Shown here in pieces: positions 1 through 9,854 of a DNA stretch of 64,000 nucleotides; position 1 is the first letter of the stretch; every line of letters begins with the position of its first letter. This stretch comes from Candidatus Poribacteria bacterium. GTDB lineage: Bacteria; Poribacteria; WGA-4E; WGA-3G. The notes below the pieces were generated by a model, which saw only the letters and a list, made by a program, of their open reading frames with translations, ran no database searches and was not told the origin of the DNA. Location of the stretch: NCBI GenBank assembly GCA_958295945.1, contig OY282386.1, forward strand, positions 3,381,126-3,445,125, given 5' to 3'. The position numbers were made by a program, and so were the translations under genes.

Positions 1-376
1 ACCATCAGATGAGATGGGGTATGCCCTTTTCCATAAGAAACTTTGGAGTGTACATCTGAATGACCAGAACGGACTGAAGTTTGATCAGGATAAGGCGTTC
101 GGTTCTGCCAATTTGAGACGGGCCTTTAATCAAGTGCGCGTCCTTGAAGAAAATGGATACGGAAGAAATGGAGAATTTGTCGGATTAGATGTTAAAGTGA
201 TGCGGACTCAACCGCGTGATATTTCAACGAAACATCTACTGAGTAGTCGGAGGACGTTTCTTCATTTGCTTGAAAAAGTGAGGACACTTGACAGAAAAGT
301 AGAACAGGAGTTTATTGCAGCACGAGATTATGAAAGATTAGATTTTTATATTCTTGAACACCTACTTGGAAAATGA
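1..376 (+). CDS. xylA: Xylose isomerase, C-terminal part (5' truncated by window edge)
   Basis: Frame is open from the window start (PSDEMGYAL...). HLNDQNGLKFDQD metal-binding motif of xylose isomerases. Confidence 0.75.
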   Translation, partial: PSDEMGYALFHKKLWSVHLNDQNGLKFDQDKAFGSANLRRAFNQVRVLEENGYGRNGEFVGLDVKVMRTQPRDISTKHLLSSRRTFLHLLEKVRTLDRKVEQEFIAARDYERLDFYILEHLLGK

Positions 377-467
377 CTTGGTGTGAATATTTATGCTGTA
401 TCACGATTTATATTCAACATAGATCAGACAGAATTAGAAAATAAGGATAGCAGGGAAAACAAAAAGA

Positions 468-1136
468 ATGAGATCAGAGAAACCACCTATATGCAAGGAG
501 AAACTTGTTCTACCTGAGTTAGAACACTCTTATAGGTCTGTAGTGTTAGTCGGTCCACCAGGTGTCGGCAAGGGGACTCAGGGGAAACTGTTGTCAAAAA
601 TCCCAGGCATATTCCACATTTCCAGTGGAGATATGTTCCGAGAACTTGATGAGGAGTCCGATTTAGGACAGATATTCCATGATTATGCTTCACGCGGCAA
701 GTTAGTGCCTGACGATATTACTGTGAAAACATGGCATAGATATGTGAAAAACAAAGTGAAGCAAAAGGTCTATAATCCGGAAACAGATTTGCTTGTTCTT
801 GATGGTATCCCTCGGAATATAGAGCAAGTTGAATTATTATCTCCACACATTAAGGTGCTTAAAGTCCTTTACATGGTATGTGAAGATCGCGAAGTGATGT
901 TTGAACGCATTCGTGGACGTGCCATCAAAGAACATCGCAATGACGATTCAGATGAATTCGTCGTTCGGTATCGGTGGGATTATTATAAGCAGTTTACCGA
1001 GCCGATTATTGACCACTATCCGCAAGAGTTGGTAAGAATTATTGATGCCGACACAATCCCAGCAGATGTGCTGAATCAGATTTTAAGTGCCCTCGTTCCG
1101 ATTCAGAAGGATTGCTTTTCTCCTCCGAATATTTAA
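468..1136 (+). CDS. adk: Adenylate kinase (short-LID type)
   Basis: GPPGVGKGTQ P-loop, HISSGDMFR, GKLVPD and LDGIPR motifs. Confidence 0.88.
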   Translation: MRSEKPPICKEKLVLPELEHSYRSVVLVGPPGVGKGTQGKLLSKIPGIFHISSGDMFRELDEESDLGQIFHDYASRGKLVPDDITVKTWHRYVKNKVKQKVYNPETDLLVLDGIPRNIEQVELLSPHIKVLKVLYMVCEDREVMFERIRGRAIKEHRNDDSDEFVVRYRWDYYKQFTEPIIDHYPQELVRIIDADTIPADVLNQILSALVPIQKDCFSPPNI

Positions 1137-1268
1137 TTCCACGATTGTTTGAATCTCATTTCTAATAGAGAACATTTCATTATATGATTTTGAAGTCGCA
1201 TTGATATGGAAAATATAAGAGGTGTAATGAATTGCGCGACTACAAGCGATAATTTTGGTAATGCGATA

Positions 1269-2873
1269 TTATTTTACACGACGGTAAACCCGAATCTCAG
1301 GATGTATCAGTGCACGCATGGGAAATGGTGCATTATTGTCAGATATTGTTATACCTAAGAACTGTGGCACTCGGTGGAAGGTCTTCTGTAATTCATAACG
1401 GCTACTCTCCCCTAAAATCTTATCATAATATTGTAGTGTTCCCTCAATATCTACCTCTGTAAGTGGATACCAATCTATTTCTTCATACACCTCGGGATTC
1501 TGCTTATATTTTTGGATTACTTCCATGTTTTGATAGATGACTAATGCCCATTCAGCATCTTCGTCCATTAGATCTATATCAAATTCAGGTATGAGCCAAT
1601 CAAATAGTATCTCTGGTGCATGTGAAATTGAACTTTCGTGTGAGATGTTTTCCGATGCCCACACGGTTGCTTCCTGTCCAGTAGGTTGCGACATCATTAC
1701 CGAAGCAAAAGCGACAGTATAAACGAATGAATATAGCCATATAACTCCTCCAATGAGCACACTAATCCTTTTGTCAACTGCTATAAGAAGTGCAGCTGCA
1801 AGGATTGTAAGCACTGGATAGAGAATCAACAGATGGCGGGTGAAGGAGACCTTAAATGTTCCAACAAAGAGTAGATACGGAAGGACAAAAGCAAGTATAA
1901 ATAAACCTATCTGTCCTTTTTCATTTGAGGCGGATGATTTATTCCGTGAGACTATCAACTGGACAAAAGTATACACTACACCACAACTTGTAAGCATGGC
2001 AAGTGGCAAACCCACACCCCACTTCAAGAGTGTCCACAAATATAGAAACCGATCTATCCATCCTGTATCACCCGTTGCGAATAATCCAAAATGTCCGCTA
2101 TGATAGTGTTTGGATTCATACCAAAAGTCTTTGAAAAAATGATTCCAGTCGGATGACACTATATCTATCAACCAATACGGACAAACTACCGTAAATGTCA
2201 ATGCACAAACACCGATTATTGTAGTAAACTTCCGAAAAAAGTGTTCTGTCCGAATAAAAAACACAAGAGATAAAAGGACAAAGACAGTTGGGAACTTCAC
2301 AGCGATACATATTCCACTTACAACTCCAAGACATATAGATGATCTGAAAGTTAGATCGGTATCTCTGGCAGCGAACCATAGGAACAGTGTCACACAGAAA
2401 GTCGCTGGCATGTCAACAAGTGCAAAACGTGATTCATTCGTCGCGTGAAACATAGCAACCGTCAAGAAAGCCGCAGCAATCTGACCGACCCGTTTATTGT
2501 AACACCTTGTGCCGAGACAATATGTTAGCCAAATAGTGCAGGTGGATAGAACTACATTGATGAACCGTGCTAACCAAATCACACGGGTTTCTGTTATATC
2601 CAATCCGAAGATTGAAAGCACTTTCCCAACGAATGCAATCAGATAGAACCAAGCAGTTCCGGGCCAATTATATATTTCTGGAGGCGCGGTGAAATTGATA
2701 AGATTTATGATGTCTTCTGCAATCAGGACTTCACGTGGATCGGGAGTATCGGGGAGACCCACACCTACACCGAGAATGCGTATCACAAAACCGACAACAA
2801 GAATAGCAGGCATCAAGAGAATAGATAGGTAGGATGTGTAATTCCTTAGCGAAACAGGTAATTTTATATTCAT
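1269..2873 (-). CDS. GT-C membrane glycosyltransferase (ArnT/PMT family)
   Basis: Many TM helices, PDPRE loop, ARFINV...TYCLG, SRFALVD and AVKF motifs. Start taken at ATG 2873, just after the upstream stop. Confidence 0.75.
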   Translation of the reverse strand: MNIKLPVSLRNYTSYLSILLMPAILVVGFVIRILGVGVGLPDTPDPREVLIAEDIINLINFTAPPEIYNWPGTAWFYLIAFVGKVLSIFGLDITETRVIWLARFINVVLSTCTIWLTYCLGTRCYNKRVGQIAAAFLTVAMFHATNESRFALVDMPATFCVTLFLWFAARDTDLTFRSSICLGVVSGICIAVKFPTVFVLLSLVFFIRTEHFFRKFTTIIGVCALTFTVVCPYWLIDIVSSDWNHFFKDFWYESKHYHSGHFGLFATGDTGWIDRFLYLWTLLKWGVGLPLAMLTSCGVVYTFVQLIVSRNKSSASNEKGQIGLFILAFVLPYLLFVGTFKVSFTRHLLILYPVLTILAAALLIAVDKRISVLIGGVIWLYSFVYTVAFASVMMSQPTGQEATVWASENISHESSISHAPEILFDWLIPEFDIDLMDEDAEWALVIYQNMEVIQKYKQNPEVYEEIDWYPLTEVDIEGTLQYYDKILGESSRYELQKTFHRVPQFLGITISDNNAPFPMRALIHPEIRVYRRVK

Positions 2874-2875
2874 CG

Positions 2876-3472
2876 CTAACGTGAGACTTTTGCCCACAAA
2901 TCGGCAGGTAGTAGGTTCTGGACTTGGGCAATTTGTGAAGTCATCGGTGGAAGTTTAAGTGTTTTAAAGATGTCTTTCCACCGTTGTGATTGAGTTTCGT
3001 CTACATAGACAGGAATAAATCCTAAATTGAGATAAGTTTTGATTGCTGGGATGCGAAAGTCATCTGTGTCAAGCATAGAACAAGTAAACCCATTCTCTTT
3101 GAAATAGAAGAGGACAGCAAGTGATACCCATTTACCCAGTTTCTTTCCAGTATGTTCACCCACAACACCTACCATATGGACGTATCCAACATCTATCTCA
3201 TCAGCTGACTGTCTCCATGCACAGGCAGTGGCGATAGGTATATCTTGGTGTGTGATAAAATAGAATCCATCAGGTGCAAATACATCACGATTGGTAATTT
3301 CGTTTTGTGTATCTTGTGCCGCGCGTGGTCTGCCACCAAAAGAATCACTTATAATGTTTGCCCAATGTAACTCATCCCCTTCTCGGTAAGTTCGCAGGTG
3401 GTATCCGATGGGTAGTTCTAATTTCGGTAAATCATTGAGATTCGGTCTGACCATTCTGAGTTGTCGTGCCAT
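2876..3472 (-). CDS. GNAT family N-acetyltransferase
   Basis: VGVVGEHTGKKLG acetyl-CoA motif A and AIKTYLNLGF motif B. Confidence 0.85.
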   Translation of the reverse strand: MARQLRMVRPNLNDLPKLELPIGYHLRTYREGDELHWANIISDSFGGRPRAAQDTQNEITNRDVFAPDGFYFITHQDIPIATACAWRQSADEIDVGYVHMVGVVGEHTGKKLGKWVSLAVLFYFKENGFTCSMLDTDDFRIPAIKTYLNLGFIPVYVDETQSQRWKDIFKTLKLPPMTSQIAQVQNLLPADLWAKVSR

Positions 3473-3532
3473 CTTCTAATACCATTTGATATTGTCAATA
3501 TAAAGGTTGTATGAATTATCTTAGTTTATGTA

Positions 3533-3561
3533 AGTATATTAGATAGCAGAATTAGTGTCAA
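3533..3561 (-). promoter_or_regulatory. sigma70-type promoter for the GNAT/GT operon
   Basis: TTGACA-17 bp-TATACT on the minus strand. Confidence 0.65.
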
Positions 3562-3608
3562 GTGAATAGGACTAAATGGGCTTGTACTTAATTGTTGAGA
3601 TTCTGAAC

Positions 3609-3632
3609 ATCGGGGTTAGAAACCCCTCCAAT
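3609..3632. repeat. Degenerate REP-like palindrome
   Basis: ATCGGGGTTAGAAACCCCTCCAAT, closely similar to the copy at 40784-40806. Confidence 0.55.
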
Positions 3633-3682
3633 AATGACTATATGTGACACTTGAATGATTTGGATACCATCTAACGAATACC

Positions 3683-3711
3683 TTTACATTAATTACGGAT
3701 AATGTTATAAT
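3683..3711 (+). promoter_or_regulatory. sigma70-type promoter for aroK-aroB
   Basis: TTTACA-17 bp-TATAAT with an extended TG. Confidence 0.65.
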
Positions 3712-3786
3712 TGCATATATTAGTATCAACCATACCTATGTATTGTATTTATGCCATTTCATATAAGTGTGATAGAGGTGATTCAG

Positions 3787-4347
3787 TTGAATAGAACTTC
3801 TAAGAATAAACCCAATATTGTTCTTGTCGGATTTATGGGTACTGGGAAGACCTCTGTCGGTAAACGGCTTTCATCACTGATGAGGATGCGGTATATTGAT
3901 ACGGACAGTGTTATTGAAAGAGATAATGAGCGTGCAATTAGCGATATCTTTGAAAAAGATGGAGAATCAGTGTTCCGTCAACTTGAAAGTGAGGCGGTTG
4001 AACAAGTATCTGATCTATACAACTTTGTTATATCCACTGGTGGCGGCGTTGTTTTAAAAGAGGAAAACGTTGCTACACTCAAAGAAAACGGAATAGTTTT
4101 TTGCTTAACGGCATCTCCAGAGGAGATATATGAACGCATTGGTCATCAGACACACCGTCCTTTATTGCAGACCCCCAATCCGCTGGAAACAATTCGAACG
4201 ATGTTAGATGAACGCGCCCCTTACTACGCCAAGGCTGACTATACGATGGATACCACTGGAAGGTCCTTTGATGAAATAGTTGTTCATATAAAAAACATCT
4301 ATTTCAGGAAGATGAAAACATTTGTGCCCAAAAATCCCGATGTGTAA
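3787..4347 (+). CDS. aroK: Shikimate kinase
   Basis: GFMGTGKTSVG, DTD, FRQLE, STGGG and RPLL motifs. Probable TTG start after a GAGGTG RBS (ORF track start is 3751). Confidence 0.92.
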   Translation: MNRTSKNKPNIVLVGFMGTGKTSVGKRLSSLMRMRYIDTDSVIERDNERAISDIFEKDGESVFRQLESEAVEQVSDLYNFVISTGGGVVLKEENVATLKENGIVFCLTASPEEIYERIGHQTHRPLLQTPNPLETIRTMLDERAPYYAKADYTMDTTGRSFDEIVVHIKNIYFRKMKTFVPKNPDV

Positions 4348-4348
4348 A

Positions 4349-5437
4349 ATGGAAAAGACATTACACGTAGAACTCAAAGAAAACCGTTACCCAATCATCG
4401 TTGGTTCAGGGAATATAACCCGAATTGGTGAATGTCTTAAATCACTGAGCAAATCTACGAGAGTACTTATTGTTACAGACACATCCGTTAAACATCATTA
4501 TGGTCCTTTAATTTTGCGGAGTTTGGAAAATGCTGGTTTTGATGTTGATTTGATTGAAGTTCCTGTTGGTGAAAGTAGCAAGTCGTTAGAACAATTTGCA
4601 CGGATTCAGGATAGTTTAGTTGCAAATCAATTGGATCGGAGTTCAATGGTGGTGGCTATTGGTGGTGGGGTTGTTGGTGATTTAGCTGGATTTGCAGCTG
4701 CGGTTTACATGCGTGGGATAGATTATATTCAAATTCCCACGACTTTACAGGCACAAGTTGACGCGAGCGTTGGTGGTAAGACCGCAATTAATCATGAAAA
4801 GGGTAAAAATCTTATCGGTGCTTTTCATCAACCTAAATTAGTATTGATTGATGTTGATACTCTGAATACCCTACCGAAACGAGACCTCCGCGCAGGACTA
4901 ATTGAAGTGATAAAAATGGGTGTCATCAGAGATGAACACTTGTTTGAGATGGTGGAGGAAAACTTAGAAGCAATATTAGACTTAGATGCAGAAACACTCA
5001 TCGATATGATCGCTCGTGCGTGTGCAAACAAAGCGGATATAGTCGCGAAAGATGAAAAAGAAAGCAGATTGCGGATGGTGCTGAACTATGGACATACATT
5101 TGGACATGCGCTTGAAGCATTGACAGACTACGATGGATTAAGACACGGAGAAGCAGTGTCTATCGGCATGAATTGCGCAGCACAATTAGCAGTCAATTTA
5201 GGTATGTTTTCGAAAACTGATTTTGAACGTCAACGTAATCTACTAATTCAGGCACAACTTCCGTTAACCTTTCCATCGAATCTTACCCCAAAAACTATAT
5301 GTGAAACTATGTATTATGATAAAAAAGCATTAGATGGTAATCTACGTCTTATTTTGCCGACTCGAATTGGGGAAGTAGTTATCCGAGACGATGTAACTGA
5401 CACACAAATTATTGAAGCAATTTCACAATGTAATTAG
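4349..5437 (+). CDS. aroB: 3-dehydroquinate synthase
   Basis: GGGVVGDLAGF, PTTL, DASVGGKT, LNYGHTFGHALE and HGEAV motifs. Confidence 0.95.
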   Translation: MEKTLHVELKENRYPIIVGSGNITRIGECLKSLSKSTRVLIVTDTSVKHHYGPLILRSLENAGFDVDLIEVPVGESSKSLEQFARIQDSLVANQLDRSSMVVAIGGGVVGDLAGFAAAVYMRGIDYIQIPTTLQAQVDASVGGKTAINHEKGKNLIGAFHQPKLVLIDVDTLNTLPKRDLRAGLIEVIKMGVIRDEHLFEMVEENLEAILDLDAETLIDMIARACANKADIVAKDEKESRLRMVLNYGHTFGHALEALTDYDGLRHGEAVSIGMNCAAQLAVNLGMFSKTDFERQRNLLIQAQLPLTFPSNLTPKTICETMYYDKKALDGNLRLILPTRIGEVVIRDDVTDTQIIEAISQCN

Positions 5438-5467
5438 TTCTTAACCCAAATTCTTTTGAGGAAATAA

Positions 5468-6625
5468 ATGACATATAACAAGACATTTATATGTATAACC
5501 ACATGTTTGCTTATATTTTTATGTGGCACTTATGCATTTAGTCAAGAACCGACGTTTTCAACTCCGACAAACGTCACTGCGAAAGATACACCTAATGACG
5601 ATGGCTCAAGTATCACCGTCACATGGGATGCTGTACCTGAGGATAGTGGAATAACAGGATACAAAATCCTACGCAACACTGATTCTGGTGAGTTTGAGGA
5701 GATTGGTAAACAGTTAAAACCGACTGCGACTCAATATAAGGATTCAGAAATAGAAAAAGGAAAAACACATGCATATTTTGTACAGGCAATTACTGATTCT
5801 GAAGCACTAGTAAATTCGCAACAGACAGAAGGAGTAATAGCTACTGGACAATGGTTTCACACGGGTAAGACCTCACTTTTTATTGCCATGATAATTTTAT
5901 GTGCAGCAATTCTTGTAAGTATATACCTTTGCCGTAATAATCAAGATGTATTTGTTCGCCGTATTCCTGGACTTGAAGCTGTCGATGAAGCAATCGGAAG
6001 GGCAACCGAGATGGGCCGTTCAATTTTATATGTGCTAGGGTTAGGGGGTGTTGAAAATGTTGCAACTATTGCCAGTATGACCATTCTTGGACAGGTTGCA
6101 CGACGAACTGCTGACTATGAAACACCGCTACGCGTGCCCTGTAATGATCCCATTGTGTTGAACGTTGTTCGGGAGATGGTTAAAACTTCTTACCTCGACG
6201 AAGGTCGTCCAGATGCCTACCAGGAAGAGAACATTTTCTATCTTACGGGTGATCAATTCGCTTATGCAGCAGGTGTTGATGGTATGATGATTCGCGAAAA
6301 ACCAGCAGCAGTCTTTTTACAAGGCACATTTTATGCGGAATCACTTCTTATGGCTGAAACCGGAAATTCCATCGGTGCAATACAAATTGCTGGTACAGAT
6401 TCAGAACATCAACTCCCCTTCTTCATCGCAGCCTGTGACTATACCTTGATAGGTGAAGAACTCTATGCAGCAAGTGCGTATCTTTCCAAAGAACCAATGC
6501 TTCTAGGAAGTCTCAGAGGACAAGACTGGGGTAAAATCGTCATTTTTGTGACGATCATCCTTGGTGTGACTCTTGAGTTGTTCGGTATCAACTGGATTAC
6601 TACACTTTTACAGAGTGTGAGATAG
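5468..6625 (+). CDS. Exported fibronectin type III domain plus DUF6754-like membrane-anchored protein
   Basis: Signal peptide, FN3 (PTNVTA...ITVTW...GYKILR...YFVQA), TM helix, then RRIPGLEAVDEAIGRATEMGR domain and a C-terminal TM. Confidence 0.7.
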   Translation: MTYNKTFICITTCLLIFLCGTYAFSQEPTFSTPTNVTAKDTPNDDGSSITVTWDAVPEDSGITGYKILRNTDSGEFEEIGKQLKPTATQYKDSEIEKGKTHAYFVQAITDSEALVNSQQTEGVIATGQWFHTGKTSLFIAMIILCAAILVSIYLCRNNQDVFVRRIPGLEAVDEAIGRATEMGRSILYVLGLGGVENVATIASMTILGQVARRTADYETPLRVPCNDPIVLNVVREMVKTSYLDEGRPDAYQEENIFYLTGDQFAYAAGVDGMMIREKPAAVFLQGTFYAESLLMAETGNSIGAIQIAGTDSEHQLPFFIAACDYTLIGEELYAASAYLSKEPMLLGSLRGQDWGKIVIFVTIILGVTLELFGINWITTLLQSVR

Positions 6626-6633
6626 GAGAATAT

Positions 6634-7284
6634 ATGAAGAGACAAATACCCTTAGCATTCTGCTTTCTTTTTGGCATAGCGATGATCTTCACCCAATTTA
6701 GTCCACATTCATATTCCCAAGCAGTTTACAAGGAAGTGATCAATTGGGGGTTAATAATATCGCCATTCGCTATGGTATTGGCAGTTGTGACGCTCATCCA
6801 GACACACGTTACACGCATCAACCTTCGTACAGAACATTGGCAATACAGTCTGATTGTATTCGTTGGCATGATAGTGATGGTTTTAATTGGTGTTCCCTTT
6901 GGACCGCAAAACTCAATAGTTGAGTGGTTATATAATAACGTCCAAGTCCCAATGGATGCAACAATGTTTTCTTTGCTTGCCTTTTTTATTGCTTCAGCGG
7001 CTTTTCGTGCTTTCCGTGCACGGTCATTTGAGGCTTTTTTACTTCTTGCTACTGCCATGATTGTCATGATCGGAAATGTCCCCGTTGGCGATCTCGTTTG
7101 GAATAAGGTAATGTCTTGGATGCCTTGGACAGACGGTGCATCATGGTTACGCCAATGGATTTTAGATGTTCTAAACAATGCTGCACGACGTGGTATTATT
7201 CTTGGTGTAAGTTTAGGGGTCATTTCACAATCTATCCGAATTATATTAGGAATTGAACGGTCGTATCTTGGTGGAGGAGATTAG
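6634..7284 (+). CDS. Uncharacterised integral membrane protein (about 6 TM)
   Basis: AGGAG RBS, hydrophobic helices, operonic with its neighbours. Confidence 0.8.
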   Translation: MKRQIPLAFCFLFGIAMIFTQFSPHSYSQAVYKEVINWGLIISPFAMVLAVVTLIQTHVTRINLRTEHWQYSLIVFVGMIVMVLIGVPFGPQNSIVEWLYNNVQVPMDATMFSLLAFFIASAAFRAFRARSFEAFLLLATAMIVMIGNVPVGDLVWNKVMSWMPWTDGASWLRQWILDVLNNAARRGIILGVSLGVISQSIRIILGIERSYLGGGD

Positions 7285-7287
7285 TCA

Positions 7288-8103
7288 ATGCTTGAAAAAA
7301 TCATGAATATGGACAGACGAGTAATTTTTATATTAGTTGCTTTAGTTGTTATCTTTCCAACCCTTGTCCCAGTAAGGATGCCAATTACAGTTTCAGAGCC
7401 AACACGAAATCTTTACGATTTTATTGAAACACTCCCCTCAGGATCAACGATTATGATTGCTTTTGATTATGGACCATCTTCTCTCGCCGAACCAGAACCG
7501 ATGGCAAAGGCAGTAATGCAACACTGTTTCAGTAAAGGGATAAAAATCATCGGTATGACCCTTCTCCCTAATACACCAACCTTGGCTCATAAACTCATGC
7601 GAAAGATTGCTGCAGAAAACAATGCTGTCTATGGTGAAGATTATGTATTTCTGGGTTACCGTCCCGGAACATTACAAGTTATCCTTGGTATGGGAACCGA
7701 CATCAGTAGTGTCTTTGAAACCGACTATGAAAATAAAACTGTTGACGAAATTCCGATGATGGAAAATATCACAAACTATGATCAGATTGATTTGTTGCTT
7801 GATCTTGCTTCCGGAAGTACAACCGAAGCTTGGATCATTTATGCCAACACAAGGTACGGTGTGAAGATTGCTGCAGGCGTTACAGCAGTAATTATTGCCC
7901 AGATGTATCCTTATTTGCAAACAGGACAGTTGATAGGCTTAATGCCCGGTTATTTAGGAGCCGCCGAATATGAGAAACTGTTGAATGCGCCTGGGGATGG
8001 AACTATTGGATTAAACACCGCAACCTATGCACATCTTTTGATTATCGGTTTGGTCATTCTAGGCAATATTGCATTTTTTATTCAGCGAAGAAGGGAGGGT
8101 TAA
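7288..8103 (+). CDS. Uncharacterised membrane protein (TM-soluble domain-TM)
   Basis: GGAGGAG RBS, N- and C-terminal TM helices, YGEDYVFLGY and GAAEYE motifs. Confidence 0.8.
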   Translation: MLEKIMNMDRRVIFILVALVVIFPTLVPVRMPITVSEPTRNLYDFIETLPSGSTIMIAFDYGPSSLAEPEPMAKAVMQHCFSKGIKIIGMTLLPNTPTLAHKLMRKIAAENNAVYGEDYVFLGYRPGTLQVILGMGTDISSVFETDYENKTVDEIPMMENITNYDQIDLLLDLASGSTTEAWIIYANTRYGVKIAAGVTAVIIAQMYPYLQTGQLIGLMPGYLGAAEYEKLLNAPGDGTIGLNTATYAHLLIIGLVILGNIAFFIQRRREG

Positions 8104-8107
8104 ATTG

Positions 8108-8800
8108 ATGGAAATTATTGGAATCTGGGTTGCAGCATTCTTAACACTCTGCATTTATAGTTTTCTTTACAGAGATAATCCATTCTATCGTTTTGCAGAA
8201 CATCTCTTTGTAGGAATTTCGGTTGGATACATCATTATTATTAGTATCCATCAAGGAGTTATACCATTAGCATGGGAACCTTTATCTGAAGCAATCAGCG
8301 CGCTCTGGGCAGAGATAGTGGGGACAACAACACCAGAAACACGAAATGCACTTTGGGGGTTATTTAGAATATTACCAATTGCCATCGGTTTATTGTTTTT
8401 TGCCCGTTTGTCCTCGCGTCATACGTGGTTAATTCGTTATCCTATAGCTATTCTGATCGGATTTGGGGCTGGTGTCGCAATTCCAAATGTGTTGCAGGCA
8501 AATATCTTTGCTCAGACACGCGGAACAATTGAACCCTTTGCTGCAATGAATGCAGGAACGCTTTCCGTTTTGGATACTTTCAACGCTGTCCTCATAGTCA
8601 TTGGTGTAATATGCACCCTTACATATTTTTTCTTCTCTGTGGAACACCGCGGTCCTATCAATTGGCTTTCAAAGGTTGGTATTGCTTTCCTAATGATAGG
8701 TTTTGGAGCTGCATTTGGGAATACCGTTATGGGACGTCTTGCTCTCTTGATTCACCGTGTTGGTTTCCTCTTGAATGATTGGATGGGTAGCATTTTTTGA
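8108..8800 (+). CDS. Uncharacterised integral membrane protein (about 6-7 TM)
   Basis: GGGAGG RBS before ATG 8108. YSFLYRDNPFYRFAEHLFVG and FLMIGFGAAFGNTVMGR motifs. Confidence 0.8.
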   Translation: MEIIGIWVAAFLTLCIYSFLYRDNPFYRFAEHLFVGISVGYIIIISIHQGVIPLAWEPLSEAISALWAEIVGTTTPETRNALWGLFRILPIAIGLLFFARLSSRHTWLIRYPIAILIGFGAGVAIPNVLQANIFAQTRGTIEPFAAMNAGTLSVLDTFNAVLIVIGVICTLTYFFFSVEHRGPINWLSKVGIAFLMIGFGAAFGNTVMGRLALLIHRVGFLLNDWMGSIF

Positions 8801-8852
8801 GGAAATTGAGATTTACATGCAATCATATTGTTAAATAGTGTGGTATTAAACT

Positions 8853-9854
8853 ATGACTAACAAACCAAGAGAATCTTCAACGCAAACAGTTGAGGACACC
8901 ATCCAAACATATCAAGTTGATCAAGATTTTTCTTTCATAAAAAAAGCAATAGTAGATGCTAATTTGTTAGTGAAAGCAAACAAAGTGGATGCAGCTGTTG
9001 AAAAATGGCAAGCAATAGCGAATATTGTTGAAGGCAATAATGAAAAACTTGCTGAACATGCTTGGGAAAATTTGGGTAATCTGCTTTACAAACAAGAGAG
9101 AACCGAGGAAGCACTTTACGCATACAACAATGCTATACGATTGAATTCTAAGAATGCGGAAACCCATGTCCACAGAGGCAAGGTAAAAAACATACTTGAG
9201 CTTTATGAAGATGCAATAGAAGACTGCAATGAAGCCATAAATCTTAATACTTCTACAACATTTGTAAAAGCAGCTGCCTACACTACCCGTGGTGTTGCCA
9301 AATTCGGTTTGGGAGACTATGTTGGTGCCTTTGCCGATCATGATGCTGCACTACGTTTAGACCCAAAGTGTGCGGATGCATTTTTCAATATAGGTATTGC
9401 TAAAATGAAGCAGGGAGAGGATGAATGTGCAATAGCAGAATTTGACAAGGCAATTGATATCTGTCCAGATATGGCAGAAGCTTATCACTATCGAGGCTAT
9501 GTGAAGTTTTTCCTTGGACAACTCAAGGCAGCGGTTTCTGACTATGACCAGGCAATCCGTCTTGCACCGTGGCAGGGAGCTAGCTACACCAACCGAGGAC
9601 TTGTGAAATACGCGCTAGGCCGACGTGAAGCTGCATTTGCTGATTATGAAGAAGCGATTCGTGTAGATCCAACATTTGCACACGGTTATACCTATCGTGC
9701 AGAGATGAAAATTCGCCAAAATCGTGATGCAGAAGCAAGAGCAGACTTGGAAACTGCACTTAAGCTTGCCCGTGCCGCAGATGATGAAATTCACCAGACT
9801 TACGTTGAAACCTCAATTAAAGAACTTGACGAATCAGAGGAAAACAACAGCTGA
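8853..9854 (+). CDS. Tetratricopeptide repeat protein
   Basis: Multiple 34-aa TPR units (AY..RG...A...Y..AI.L.P). Confidence 0.9.
   Translation: MTNKPRESSTQTVEDTIQTYQVDQDFSFIKKAIVDANLLVKANKVDAAVEKWQAIANIVEGNNEKLAEHAWENLGNLLYKQERTEEALYAYNNAIRLNSKNAETHVHRGKVKNILELYEDAIEDCNEAINLNTSTTFVKAAAYTTRGVAKFGLGDYVGAFADHDAALRLDPKCADAFFNIGIAKMKQGEDECAIAEFDKAIDICPDMAEAYHYRGYVKFFLGQLKAAVSDYDQAIRLAPWQGASYTNRGLVKYALGRREAAFADYEEAIRVDPTFAHGYTYRAEMKIRQNRDAEARADLETALKLARAADDEIHQTYVETSIKELDESEENNS

Noticed and set aside
1157-1175. CATTTCTAATAGAGAAC as a fifth MITE copy
   Set aside because: It is only a partial left-end match, with no body, right end or TSD.
6726-7223. Long antisense ORFs (also 26338..26880, 36887..37303, 62854..63267)
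   Set aside because: They are shadows or alternative frames of well-supported genes, with no motifs or RBS.
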